Shown here piece by piece: positions 13,250 through 25,945 of a DNA stretch of 64,000 bases. The stretch covers positions 9,863,103 to 9,927,102 of the forward strand of contig NC_057738.1 of assembly GCF_004010195.1 (NCBI RefSeq). Reading direction: 5' to 3'. Source of the DNA: Chiloscyllium plagiosum (taxonomy: Eukaryota). Under the pieces are notes generated by a model that saw only the letters and a list, made by a program, of their open reading frames with translations, searched no databases and was not told the DNA's origin. The number at the start of each line of letters is the position of its first letter. Position 1 is the first letter of the stretch. Both the position numbers and the translations under genes were made by a program.

Positions 13250-14450
13250 TGAAGGCTGCTGGTGTTGCTCTTTTCACAAATGGAAAGGCTATGAATAATG
13301 TAGCAAAAAACTGTATTAATTTTAAAGACTTATCAAGAGAACATCTAGCCTTCTCTGGGGAACAGAAAGAAAAATCTGTTTGTTAATGCTTTCATTGGAT
13401 CCTGTAGTGCTGATGCCATCCTTCTAATTATGTTTCTTTGCATCTCTCCACTGCCTCTATATCTTTTCTACAGTATATAAACCACAAAGATGGGCAGTAT
13501 TTTAAGTGTGGTCTAACCAAAGTACAACACAGGCTTATTATAAGTTCACTTTTCTAATCTATTTCACAATAAATATTTAAGTGTGCTTGGTTTTGTCTTT
13601 TTTCCATCACAAAGTTTAGGGCTTTTTATTTTTGTGCTCAGACCACTTTGTTCCCATGTCTTATTCAGATTGTTATATTCCAGCTAGTATATGACCTCCA
13701 TTTTCTTTAAAAATCAAAATGCTTTACTTTACATTAGCATTGAAATTCATCTGCCAATTATATAACCTTTCTCTTAACTTAATGAATCTCCTCCTGTAAT
13801 TTGTTGTAGCACTTCTCAGTACTCACTTAAGTTGAGAGGAGAGTGTTTAAAAAGCATACAACATCCATACTTATATACACGTACAGAGTAGAAAACCAAG
13901 GCAGTTATCCCGAAACAACATAAACCACTGGTTAAGGCCATAGCAAAGCACTGTGACCAATTTAGGGCACCACATTTTAGGAAGGATGTGAGGACTTTCA
14001 GTGGAAGTGGGGGAGATTTATTGGAATGGTACTCTGGATGCTGGACTTCAAGTACATAGGGAGTCTACAGAAAATGAGACTAATGATCCTTAGAATGGAG
14101 ATCATTACAGGGGAGAGTTGTTCAAAATACAGATTTGGATATTTCAATCAATAAGAAATGATTTCTTGCTACAGTGAAATGAAAGCTAACTGGCAAAATA
14201 ATCACAAACATGCAGAGGATTTTTTTTTTTTTTAAAAAGTAGTGAGTTATGATATGGAATCTATTGCCTGAAAAGGTGGTGCAAACAGACTAAATATTAA
14301 CTGTCAAAAAGGGAGTGGATAAATAAATAAATAAAAACTTTGCAGGACTATGGGGGGGGAGAAAAGGGGAACACTACTAACTGGGTAGCTTTTTGAAATG
14401 ATGGGCAAAAGTTAAATGAACCATCTGATCTACTTCTGTACTATGTAAGA
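13250..14450. mobile_element. Two highly decayed CR1 fragments in opposite orientation
   Basis: Minus-strand remnant at ~13250-13820 (ggtctaaccaa, ttgaaattcatctgcca) and plus-strand remnant at ~13880-14450 (tttagggcaccacattttaggaaggatgt). Confidence 0.5.
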
Positions 14451-14520
14451 TTTGTTAGCATCTTTCACAAAATTGAGAACACCAATCGTTTCTGCACTTT
14501 CCACATTACTGAAAAATATA

Positions 14521-14620
14521 AGATTAGATTAGATTACTTAGTGTGGAAACAGGCCCTTCGGCCCAACAAGTCCACACTGACCCGCCGAACAGCAACCCAC
14601 CCAGACTCATTCCCCTACAG
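14521..14620 (-). mobile_element. HE1 SINE / HER1 3' tail fragment
   Basis: (agatt)n followed by gtgtggaaacaggcccttcggcccaacaagtccacac. Confidence 0.8.
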
Positions 14621-15024
14621 TCTTGGATACAGGATGGAAGTATTGGATACAGTTGATCAGGCCTTCATTTGACCAACATCTTTCCATTGTTATCTAGCTG
14701 GATGAGACCAGACTTACCTAGTTCTACCATTATCTATACAACAGTATCCAAAGAATCACTTGGAATGTCTTCTCTTCCTCCTTACAGTTATCTCTCGACT
14801 GCCCCCGCCCCCCACCCCCGGGTCTATGCTTGGCTCCCAATTTCTCTTCTATTTGCTCCTCTTCAGTGGCAATAAAAAGTTTAACATTATTTTTCTTTTT
14901 ATGCTGACAATACCTCACCAACTCCTCTTTTGACTCCTCTATGCTGCTACATTTGGCTATGTTATCAGACTGCACATCTAACATGCAGTACTGGAGGAGC
15001 AAACATTTACTCAAAGTAAATTTG

Positions 15025-16040
15025 TTTTCAGACGTTTAGTCACCATACAAGGTAACATCTTTAGTAAGCCTCCGGATGAAGCACTGGTGGTATAGCTTAC
15101 TTTCTATATGTTTGGGCTTCCTTGGGTTGGTGATGTCATTTCCTGTGGTGACATTATTTCCTAAGGTAATGTCAGTTCCTGTTCTTTTTCTCAGGGGGTG
15201 ATAAATGGGATCCAAGTCATTGCGTTTGTTGATAGAATTCCAATTGGAATGCCATGCTATTAGGAATTCTCACGCATCTCTGTTTGGATTGTCCTAGGAT
15301 GGATGTATTGTCCCAGGCGAAGTGGTGTCCTTTCTCATCTGTATGTAAAGATACTAGCGAGAGTGGGTCATGTCTATTTGTAGCTCATTGGTGTTCATGC
15401 ATCATAGTGGCTAGTTTTCTGCTTGTTTGTTCAATGTAGTGTTTGCTACAGTTCTTGCAAGGTATTTTGTAAATGACATTAGTTTTGCTTATTATCTATA
15501 TAGGGTCTTTCAAGTTCACAAGCTGCTGTTTTAGTGTGTTGGCAGGTTTGTGGGCTATCATGATGCCAAGGGGTTGGAGTAATCTGGCAGTCATTTCCAA
15601 AATGGCTTTGATGAAGGGGAGAGTGGCGAGGGTTTCTGGATGTGTTTTGTCTACTTGTTTGGGTTTGTTGATGACAAATCAGTGGACTGTGTTCATTGGG
15701 TACCCATTCTTTTTGAGTACACTGTATAGGTGATTTTCCTCTGCTCCGCGTAATTCCTCTGTGCTGCAGTGTGTGGTGGCTCATTGAAATAATGTTCTAA
15801 TGCTGCCTCGTTTGTGAATGTTGGGATGGTTGCTTCTGTAGTACAATATTTGATCCAAGTGTTGTTTTGCTGTAGATGCTGGTTTGAAGTTTGCTCTACT
15901 GTGACATTTAGGAATGTCAGGTTGTTGTTGTTGCTGTTGATGTTGACAAAACGTCTGAAAATCAACCTTCCAGCTCAGCAAGCAAACCTACATCCAGAAC
16001 CTCAACCTGAGCTACAAATCTTCTCAAAACTCGCTGACTC
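15025..16040 (-). mobile_element. Penelope-like element (Poseidon-type), GIY-YIG region with inverted terminal segment
   Basis: Minus strand encodes VIYKIPCKNCSKHYIEQTSRKLAT..HEHQ...REFLIAWHSNWNSINK..DLDPIY and YRSNHPNIHKRGSIRTLF. The terminal motif aaacgtctgaaaa occurs in opposite orientations near 15030 and 15950. Confidence 0.85.
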
Positions 16041-18559
16041 AAAGTAAATATTGGGAAGACTAAAGCCAATTATCAATGGTTGCCCCGCCAAACTCTATTT
16101 CCTAGCTACTGCCTATATCCCTCTCTCTGACAGCAGCTTGACATTAAGATGTAAAACACAATCGGCCATGACATTTTTGGCAAGGAAAATTCCTGTCTCA
16201 AGAAAATTAACTCTATATTTAACATACAAAATTTGTTTTTGAACATATCTCTTTGATGTTCTGGCATTTTACCCATTAGCAAATTCTCCCAGCTTAATTA
16301 GGACAGTCTCTGTCTCATCCCACTTAAATTAAACTTTTCTAAAAGGTAGAACACAAGGAACTATTTTGCATTTCTCCCTTCCACCAGACTACATTGAACT
16401 TCTTATAAGTGCTATTAGACAATATACACACTGTTAAGCTGTTCACTAGGTCTCACCTCTGACTAGTGATAAAATCTAATGCGGTGTGCTTTTGTTGGCT
16501 CTAGGACATTTTGCTATCAACCGGTCTCCCAAACAAAAAATTCATGACGTTCTTGGCATGTTTTACCTTCTGCATCTCAATTTACGTGCAAGTTAAAGTT
16601 TGCCAATAAATTCTGCTCTGCTTTTTCTTCACACTTATTTCTGTACTTTCGCAAACACATCATAGAAGCTACCTAGAGCCTATAAGCAAGTTTTAAAGCC
16701 ATTTCTATTTGTCCATGTTATCCACAGAATCTGCTTATATCTCACTACATTGTCTACCACTGTAGTAACTTCATTGTTGATCGTCAAGGTTTAACCTCTT
16801 CCTCTACCATTTTCCCATCATTCATGTGAATCTTTTAACTTAAGATCCCAATCCTGATAGTTTTGCAGCCATGTATCAGCATGAGCACCATTACTGTCTA
16901 CTTCAAACTATACAGATCCAAATGAGCAACGGTTCCTCAAACCCTCAGTTTGGTAGCACTTGTTCCACTAGTTTACAGAGTACTACTCTTTGCCACGGCT
17001 AGCAAGTCCTCTTTTCAATTCAGTACATGTCCAGTTGACCTCCAGGACAATGATCAACGTAACTTTTATTGACACCACCACACTGGTTACCTATACTTAA
17101 AAGCATTATATTATCTCAGCTATGCCGTAAACGTGCAGACTCCTGAGAGTACATCATGACATCAAAGACACGTAGATTCTGACAGACTTGACCAATCTAC
17201 CATGAATTAGTGTCAAATTCAGAAAGCCTTTTAGGATCACTGGTGAAGCATATCAGTGACCTTCTCACAGCCCTTAAGTCTAATAGTGCAATATTTGGAG
17301 CAACTGAGAAATACCAAACAGATTTCTTATCAAGAGGATCCTAAGGACTAAGACATCCTCTCAAAAACAACAAGCAACGACCACCACCTCAGAAGCAAAA
17401 ATGATAATGCTGCAGTTTCTCCATTGGTGGAAGATTTCAACATGCTTACCATGCGACTGCAAAAGCTCCTTATCAGACCATGGGACAAGTCATTGAAATT
17501 TCACGCAAAATAAACTGTGTAAGCAGGTGAGGCATACAAGGAGATATTGTGAAGGATAACCAAGTGCTTGGTCAAAGAGCTATGCTCTAAGGTGGATACA
17601 AAGTGAGAAAATGACTTTGAAGGAATTTAGGATGAGAATTCCAGAGAAAGAGGGCTAGACAGCTGAAGGCAGGAGTTGGAGGGAAGGCAAGTAGCCAAGG
17701 ATTGGTCAGCCAATAGGCAAGGGGCTTTGTACATAGAAAAAAAGGACTCCATGAAAAAGTATAGAAAAGGCGGATGAGAACTTTAAATTTGACATGAATT
17801 TTAAGAGACCAGGAGCCAATATAGATCTACATCAACAAGCTGTAGATTGAGGGAACATGAGTTATCACAAGATACAGACAACACATGTTTTGGGTGATCA
17901 TAAGTTTGGATAGAATGCAGGATTGGAAAGCTGCCAAAAAGACAGCATTGGTACAGTAAAGTCTTCAGGTGACAAATACAGATGAGAGATTCTGCAACAA
18001 ATGGGGTCAGGCAGTCTGCTTTAGCTCCAGACATTAACTGGAGAGGCAAACAGATTGATCACAAAGGCATGGCATTTATAGAAGAGTCAGAAGCCCTTTA
18101 CATAAACATTCAAGCTCTTCTTTCCAACCAATTCTAGCTCAAGTCACCTTTTGAAATTGAATTGCACTGAAAACATTAGTTGATGGTTTATTTTTACTGC
18201 AAACCAAGTCACATGCTGAACTCTAATGCTTGGATAGTATTTCACAGGTCATGAATAATTGCTATAAATGCTTTGTAAGCTCAAGGTCTGAAGGACTACC
18301 GATACTGACAAAGTCATTGGATTTACAATAAAGACAACTTATTGGACTCCTTGTCAATACCGGGTGTGAAAGTCATATAGAAACAATATTATTTTCACGT
18401 TTCTTGTGATTAAAGTACTATGTCAAATTGAAAGCAGATGCAGAAAATTTGAAGCAATTCTTTCCTTTGCAATGGAAGATCAGAGCAATCCTAAGCTGTA
18501 CAAAGAAAGTGGGAAAGCAAAATAAAACAATTCTATACTCAAATTTCTGATCACATTCT

Positions 18560-18860
18560 TGTAAAGAAAAATTTACATCTATATAGTACCTTTCACAATC
18601 AAGTACAGTATTCACCTTTTGTGTGTAACTACAGTTGTAATGCAGGAAATGCAACAGCAATGCGACAGGATTAAGATACTCTGTTTTAAAGCTGTTGGTT
18701 TAGAGATCAGCCATGTCACCTTTAAAAAAACACTACCTCTGACAATTCAGTGCTCCCTCAGCCTTTGCAAAGTAATATCAGCTTAGCTTTCATGCTCAAG
18801 TTTCTGGAATAGGTCGTCAGCCCCATTGAACTCGGGCCTAAATTCTACAACTGAGCAACT
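18560..18860 (-). mobile_element. Old tRNA-derived SINE (SacSINE1/DeuSINE-like)
   Basis: acctctgacaattcagtgctccctcag...tcagcttagctttcatgctcaagtttctgga resembles the recalled shark Deu-SINE head. Related decayed copies at ~10970-11230 and ~27785-28230. Confidence 0.5.
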
Positions 18861-19254
18861 ACGGGTATCTTACAAAAGCTTTGAATGGGCTTTCCACATG
18901 CAGCCATGAGCTAAATTAACACTGAATTTATTTTTAACTCCATAATAGTTTAAAAGTAAAATCTACTTTCTGTCTCTGCAAATACAGAAATTTACCACAA
19001 GTGTGATCAGTTTTCTTTTGGTCTATCTACGTTAGTTTAATTGATTATACAAGAAGTTACCTTTCAAAGGTCTAAAATTGGGGTTAATTTCAATAACATA
19101 TTGCATTGCACGGATGTGGTCTCTCTTATACTGACGTCGCCTATGAGAATAATGTACACCTTCAAGCACTTTTACTTCAGAAAGAGGTGAATGAAGGACA
19201 ATGAGTGGAGATGGGTACTGATGACAAATACATACTGTACATCTTTGAAAGAAT

Positions 19255-19575
19255 ATCATACACTAACAGTCGTACAGCACGGAAACAAACCCTTTAATCC
19301 AACCAGTCCATGGTGGATATAACCCCGAACTAATTTGATCCCACCTGCCTGCTCCTGGCCCTTATTCCTCCAAACCTTTCTAGTCATGTACTTATCCAAG
19401 TGTCTTCTAAGTGTTCTAATTGTGCTCGCATCCACCACTTCCTCAGAACAGGAGGTTCGTTCTACACACTAACCACCTGCGTAAAAAAATTTGCCCCCTA
19501 TGCCTTTTTTTTTAAAATCTCTCTCCTGTCACCTTAAAAATATGTCCCATTGTCTTGAAATCCCTCATTCGAGGC
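19255..19575 (-). mobile_element. HER1/CR1 LINE 3' UTR fragment
   Basis: Reverse complement of the HER1 3' end (acagcacggaaaca..ccc...catccaccacttcctc). Confidence 0.8.
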
Positions 19576-20012
19576 GAAATCCGCCTACATGATGAATTGT
19601 TCTCCAAAATAGGTTTCAGGGAGGAAATGTTCAACAGAATCCAACCATCCTATACAAACATAAATGTCAGTGGAGCCAATTCTATCAATGGCTGGAATTC
19701 CAAGTTTTCAAAACTAAATCTGGAGTTAACCAGGCCTGTCCTGTATGTATGCATCCAACATTTTGTCACTTCCTTCAGGAAAGATACAGGCATATGATGA
19801 GTCTAGGTAGTGGAGGCATGCAGTGTAGCATATGAATGACATCACTGCCTGCTGCTCAGATCCAATGTCAGTGCGCAAACTGTTGAGTATCTGTGATCAG
19901 TTCAAATGGGTCATTGGGATAATGCTATCTTTGGAAACTGGGTCACATGACTATCTCCTTCACAGTTTCCAGGGGTGGGGCATGTGCAAAAAAAAACTGC
20001 AAGGTGCAAGTA

Positions 20013-20435
20013 ACTGTACAGCGTATCATCCGCCTCATTTCCGCCACCTCCAAATGGACCCCACCACCAGGGATATATTTCCCTCCCCTCCCCTATCAGC
20101 GTTCCGAAAAGACCCCTCTCTCCGTGACTTCCTCGTCAGGTCCACACCCCCCACCAACCCAACCTCACTCCCGGCACCTTCCCCTGCAACCGCAAGAAAT
20201 GCAAAACTTGCGCCCACACCTCCCCACTTACTTCCCTCCAAGACCCCAAGGGATACTTCCATATCCGCCACAAATTCACCTGCACCTCCACACACATCAT
20301 CTATTGCATCCGCTGCACCCGATGTGGCCTCCTCTATATTGGGGAGACAGGCCGCCTACTTGCGGAACGTTTCAGAGAACACCTCTGGGACACCCGGACC
20401 AAACAACCCAACCACCCCGTGGCTCAACACTCCAA
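20013..20435 (+). mobile_element. Penelope-like element (Neptune-type), Zn-finger and GIY-YIG fragment
   Basis: HFRHLQMDPTTRDIFPSPPLSAFRKDPSLRDFLVRS, then in other frames GTFPCNRKKCKTC and FTCTSTHIIYCIRCTRCGLLYIGETGRLLAERFREH. Confidence 0.9.
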
Positions 20436-20563
20436 CCGCTGATGTACAGAGGCATCTTGGGGTTCAAGTCCATAGCTTCCTGAAAGTAGCTCCACAAGTA
20501 GATAGGGTGGGGAAGAAGACATATGACATGCTTGTCTTTATTGGTCTGGGAACTGAGTACAGC

Positions 20564-21193
20564 AGCTGAAAATGTGTTGCTGGAAAAGCGCAGCAGGTCA
20601 GGCAGCATCCAAAGAACAGGAGAATCGACGTTTCGGGCATGAGCCCTTCTTCAGGAATGAGGAAAGTTTGTCCAGCAGGCTAAGATAAAAGGTAGGGAGG
20701 AGGGACTTGGGGGAGGGGCGTTGGAAATGCGATAGGTGGAAGGAGGTCAAGGTGAGGGTGATAGGCCGGAGTGGGGTGGGGGTGGAGAGGTCAGGAAGAA
20801 GATTGCAGGTAAGGAAGGCGGTGCTGAGACATGGTGGGGGGAGGGGAAATGAGGAAACTGGAGAAGTCTGAGTTCAATTCAGTTTCCTCATTTCCCCTCC
20901 CCCCACCTTGTCTCAGTCAAATCCCTCGAACTCAGCACCGCCTTCCTAATCTGCAATCTTCTTCCTGACCTCTCCGCCCCCAACCCACTCCAGCCTATCA
21001 CCCTCACCTTGACCTCCTTCCACCCATTGCATTTCAACGCCCCTCCCCCAAGTCCCTCCTCCCTACCTTTTATCTTAGCCTGCTGGACACACTTTCCTCA
21101 TTCCTGAAGAAGGGCTTATGCCCGAAACGTCGATTCTCCTGTTCCTTGGATGCTGCCTGACCTGCTGCGCTTTTCCAGCATCACATTTTCAGC
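20564..21193. repeat. ~630-bp palindrome made of two inverted Penelope 3' ends
   Basis: 20564-~20860 is the near-exact reverse complement of ~20880-21193, apart from a ~20-bp indel and scattered substitutions. Confidence 0.9.
21102..21133 (+). ncRNA. Minimal hammerhead ribozyme motif (PLE-type)
   Basis: CTGAAGA-A-GGGC-TTAT-GCCC-GAA-ACGT-C: intact CUGANGA/GAA core, stem II, palindromic ACGT helix III and GUC cleavage triplet. Helix I is only ~2 bp. A mirror copy lies at ~20625-20655 on the minus strand. Confidence 0.6.
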
Positions 21194-22499
21194 GCTAAAA
21201 CAAAAGGTAGGCATGCAGGAGCAACTGGTGTGAGGTGCTCTCAGTGTTATGTGACACAGATCAAGTTCATTTCTCATTTCTGCATTCTAATGATACACAA
21301 GGCATCTAGTGGTTGAAAATATGCCATTTTCATTGGAACAACCACACGCAACATTATCTTGATCCTGATGGCCACCGTTGTATGCTGCTGCATTAAGCTC
21401 TGCAAACACCAAGTGTCACCATGGATTGGCCTTTTACCTACCCCTGGTGTTGTGAAGGACGTGTTTGCCACATTGCTGCAGAATGCTTGCAGAATGGCTG
21501 AAGTTTACAGAATCCCATGTGGAAATGCTTATCCAGAAAAATAAAATTTGGCCACACGTTCTTCAGACTGCGGTCTGCATCAAACATCCTCGAGGTCTGG
21601 TGAGCAAGGCAATGACATATCCTGCAGGACAACTCGCTGACCAGACTATCAAAGTCATTCAGCAGAAGGAGTCATGACCAGACTTTTCAAACAAGCATCT
21701 GAATGTCGTGTGGCCGGTGATGAAAAAGTCAGATCCTTTCACATGTTGCCTTGAGACAGCTATGTTAGGGCAAGACACTATTATCCACCTTCTTGCACAA
21801 TGTGCTTTTGGAACGGAAGTCTTGGGAGAGATGCACAGCTTTTGTTGAGGTTGGAGGACCATCAACTTGATGAAAGATGTTGCTTAGTCTGTACAAAACT
21901 TGTTTATCTTCCAATGAAAAGAGATGTTCATGACCAAATGTTGCAGATTGGCCTATCTAAACTCCAAGACTATGCACTGAGGGTTGCATTTGTGCTTATG
22001 GCTGCTGCCACAGAAGCACAATGGAGCAAGGTGCCTAGCTAAGACTTTGCAGCCATGGTACACAGAGAGGTGGAAACAGTATAGAGCTCAAGTTAATGCC
22101 TGATAAGGAATGCACATGGCAAATATCAAGAGTATTGAAACAGAGGCATCTCAGTAACCATGCTATACTGTACTGAGAAACGTTGAATTTGATGCACCTT
22201 AAAATTTTCAATTTGAAATGTTTTCCTTCAGATTGTATGACGGATAAGATACACAGTCTTGAGGCACTTAAGTATAGAACACATTGCAGGGAGACAAGTT
22301 GAACTTAATTGTATTGTAACTTTCAAAACTAAATATTTTTTAATGTACGTTCACAAATTTTATATACTTTTGGAAAACAATGCACAACTTCATGAAATTA
22401 TGAAAAGCACTCATGGGAAAAGCACAATTTCAGCATTATAATTTGCAAGAGGCATTAATGCATATTATTTCAAGTATTTTGTTTGAGTTCTCAATGCTG

Positions 22500-23650
22500 T
22501 TGTGAACATACACATGATTAGAAGTGGAATATTCAGCCCTTCAAACCTACCTTTACCTTTAAAGATGATCATGACTGATCTGTTCCGAATTCCACATTCC
22601 CATCTACTCTCTATAACTTTGGATTCCCTTAGCCAACAAGAATCTATTAATATTCCATGACCCCATTCACCCCATCTTCTGATGCAGAGTTTTCCCAAGT
22701 TGCAGAACCTTTTGCGAAAAAAAAATCCCCCCCCTGACAAATCGCTGCCCTTAAAAGGGCAGCCCCCATTTTAAAACAGTTACTCCCTACCTCTGGTTTC
22801 CCTCAGAAGAGTAAATAAGCTTTCCATTTCACCTTGTCAAGACTGCTTAGAATCTTATAAACTTCAATCAAATCATCCCTCACTGATCTAACCTCTAGTG
22901 AAAACAGGCCTGGTCTGTCCAACCTTTCCTCACGATCAAACTCTCATACTTCAGCTATCAAACTAATAAACCTCATTTGAACTACTTCCAATACATTTAT
23001 ACCACTCTTTCAATAAAAGGAGACCAAAACTGTATATGGTATTCAAGATGTGGTGTCACCAATGCCCTTTCTAACTTGAGCATAACATCCTCAGTTTTAC
23101 ATTCAATTCCTCTCAATGAAGAATAGCATTCCATTAGCTGCCTTAATCATTTGCTCTACCTGCATTCTAATATTTTGATTCATGCATGAGATATCTACAT
23201 CTTGGAATTATGCAAATGTCCATCATTTAAACAATGCTCTCCTTTCTTAATCTTCATGCCGAACTGACTAACTTCACACTTTTCCACAGCGGACTTCATC
23301 TGTAAGATGCTGGCTCACTCACTTGTCCTGGCTATCTATTTGTTTGCATCCTTGTTATGTAATTTTCACAACATAATTTCTTACCTTTGTGTCATCTGCA
23401 AATGTAGTTAATGTACCTTTCAAGCCTTCATCCAAGTCACTGATATATATTCGAAAAGGTTGAGCACCCAGCAAGATTTTTGTGGGTCCGTATTCATCCC
23501 ATTCTGCCAATCTGCAAGTTGTCCAATTATGCACACTCTAATTTTCATTAGTTGCCCAAACTTCTATCCATACTACTATGTCAGAGTTTCTGCCCTGTGC
23601 CTTATTTTTTTGCTGCAGTGCCTTGTTAAATGTCTTTTGGAAATCCAAAT
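22500..23650 (-). mobile_element. Old CR1 LINE 3' portion
   Basis: ggagaccaaaactgt...ttcaagatgtggt (LEYxxQFWSP reverse) and tttgtgtcatctgcaaa (FADDTK reverse). Confidence 0.75.
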
Positions 23651-25157
23651 CTGGGTGGGTTGCCCTTCGGAGGGTCTGTGTGGACTCAAATGGCCTACTT
23701 CCACACAGCAGGGATACTATGAGAATGTGTGGCTGTATGCAGAATTATCCAATGTTATTTCACGCCATCATGGTTGTAACTCGAAAGGAATTAGCTTAAG
23801 TGAAGATGCTAGAATTCTTTTAATCAGTTCTATTCTGTAACTAACAGAACATAAATAAGTGTACAAAGTTAAAAATCACACACCACCAGCTTATAGTCCA
23901 ACAGGTTTAATTGGAAGCACATGAGTGTAGTTGGTATGCAGGGGCAGCAAACCTGTCCACACCAATTTACTCTGGGAGAAATATCAAGAGAAAGTATACA
24001 CACCTAATTAACTCAACATGCAAAAATAATGAGAGTAAAGACTTGCTCGGCAGAGTTACCTGGATATTATATAAGTCAGGGCTGTCTCAAAACAAGGCGC
24101 AGTGATGAACGGAGGTTGCCACTTGATGGCTGCATTATAAACATCACATGGGGCAAGAAGCCAAGGATTGGACTGAGGGACATAACAGAAGATCAAGAAC
24201 TGAAATCAATAAGAACTGCAATCAATAAGAGCCAAATAATGAATATTTTTAGGCCTAGTGGGTTTGACATATTTAACAATTCAAGTGGTTACTTACATAC
24301 CAGAGGGTCCTAGATCAGATTTCCAGCATGTGCTCATTTGGGAACACAAATCAGTCTGAGCCCAAGACGTTAGGAAGGAGAGATACTGAAAATTTCCAAT
24401 TCCTGATCAAGACCACCTGATTCCTTTAGACAACTAAGAACATCAGGTCTGGACATAATTTGAAGGTGCGATGTTGGACTGGGGTGGACAAAGTTAAAAA
24501 TTACACAACACCAGGTTTTAGTCCAACAGGTTTATTTGGAGGCGAGGTTCAGCGTTCCTCATTAAAATATCAATTAAAGTTGGCCTTCTAGCAAATTAAC
24601 CCTAGTACACAAACAGCAATTTCCTAGAGTAACTTTTCCAGCATTTCACTTCAGTTAAACAGATAGACTACTCGGACAATTCAATACATCTCAGTAATCA
24701 TGAACTGCAATAAAAAAAAACAATTCTAATTTGCCAAGTTCTTTCAACAAAGGGGTGACAAAATTATTCAGATAACTGCTGCAAGGAGGTTTGAAGCCTA
24801 AAACTTTCACACAGTAGATTGATTAAGAATCAAGTCAACAGCTTAAAAGAAGGGTGAGAAAGCGTGGAGTTTATCACATGCGAGTGTCAATATTGGGGGT
24901 GAGGGAAGGGGTGGCGAGTGAGTGAGAATACAAGAGAAACTACAAATAGTTCTCAATGCTCATAACCCCCAGAATTGACACAATTTAGGAGATTATTCAG
25001 CCTATTTTGTCTGCATTGGATTGTTACAGAAATGATTTCCTTAATGCCACTTTCCCACCTTTTTCCAATGACCTACACATTCAATCTTTTCCGACAGCCA
25101 TCCCTGCCAACTCCCTCTGCCTTTGTGTAGAGACGTTCAAGATTACATTTTCATACA

Positions 25158-25350
25158 TTAGATTACTTACAGTATGGAAACAGGCCCTTCAGCCCAACAA
25201 GTCCACACCGCCCCGCCGAAGCGCAACCCACCCATACCCCTACATTTACCCCTTACCTAACACTATGGGCAATTTGACATGGCCAATTCATCTTGCCTGC
25301 ACATCTTTTGGACTGTGGGAGGAAACCGGAGCACCCGGAGGAAACCCACG
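25158..25350 (-). mobile_element. HE1-type SINE, 5'-truncated
   Basis: ttagattacttacag...ggaaacaggccc...ggaggaaaccggagcacccggaggaaacccacg. Confidence 0.85.
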
Positions 25351-25477
25351 CATCTACCAGAGAATCCATTTAAATGATCTTCAATGCATTATCCTGCTCT
25401 AATACTTCAGATAGCTAGTGGCAATGAGCTTCCATTGACCTGAACACTGCGAAAGCACTCTCAGTCAACACACTGTC

Positions 25478-25945
25478 GCTAGAACAAAAACAGAAATTGC
25501 TGGAAAATCTCAGCAGTTCTGGAAGCATCCGTGGAGAGGAATCACAATTAACATTTTGGATCCATAGACAGAAGATGGGGTGGGGAGAGTAAATGAAAAG
25601 CAGAGATAGAGCTGAGATAGAGAACGAGAGCGAAAGAGAAAAAAATACAGCCGGATAGAAAAAGCAGTGGTTAAAAAGGGGGAATGAATTGCTGCTATTG
25701 GGAGCAATTAGTGGCTGACAATGGGTTGTGTTTGGTAGCAGCTGGTGTAACAATAAGGCTTGGTGTATGGGAATAGGGGAAAGATTTTCAAGCCCTAAAA
25801 TTGTTGAATTTGAAATTTAGTCCAGAAGGCATCAGGGTTCTCAAGTGGAAAATCAAGTGTTATTCTTTCAGCTGAAGCATTGCAGCAAGCCTGAGACAGA
25901 GATGTTAGCCAGGGAACAAGGTGGTGTATTGAAGTGGCAGGCAAA
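25478..25945 (-). mobile_element. Old Penelope-like 3' fragment
   Basis: aaaacagaaattgctggaaaatctcagcag terminal motif, purine-rich tract, and gaatttgaaatttagtccagaaggc, the reverse of a L.P.GLN.EF-type C-terminus. Confidence 0.6.

Larger units (their letters stand above)
19800..22330 (+). mobile_element. Degenerate L1-Tx1 retrotransposon ORF2 3' half, interrupted at ~20013-21193
   Basis: MNDITACCSDPMSVRKLLSICDQF (YMDD RT motif region). Downstream remnants SNKHLNVVW and DTIIHLLAQCAF resemble the Tx1 C-terminal zinc-finger region. GACAK...KQKVG continues across the insertion. Confidence 0.7.

Noticed and set aside
19032-19259. Candidate upstream KIF13 exon (AAG|GTAAC donor near 19060)
   Set aside because: The translation does not resemble the expected ..TKCVV.M.GNQT.. 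sequence. I found no convincing exon 2 or exon 5 in the window by eye.
19832-20569. 245-aa ORF as a novel gene
   Set aside because: Chance read-through across Tx1, Penelope and CR1 fragments in mixed frames.
20690-20850. G-quadruplex-type regulatory element
   Set aside because: The G-rich tract is intrinsic to the Penelope 3' region; nothing indicates a locus-specific role.
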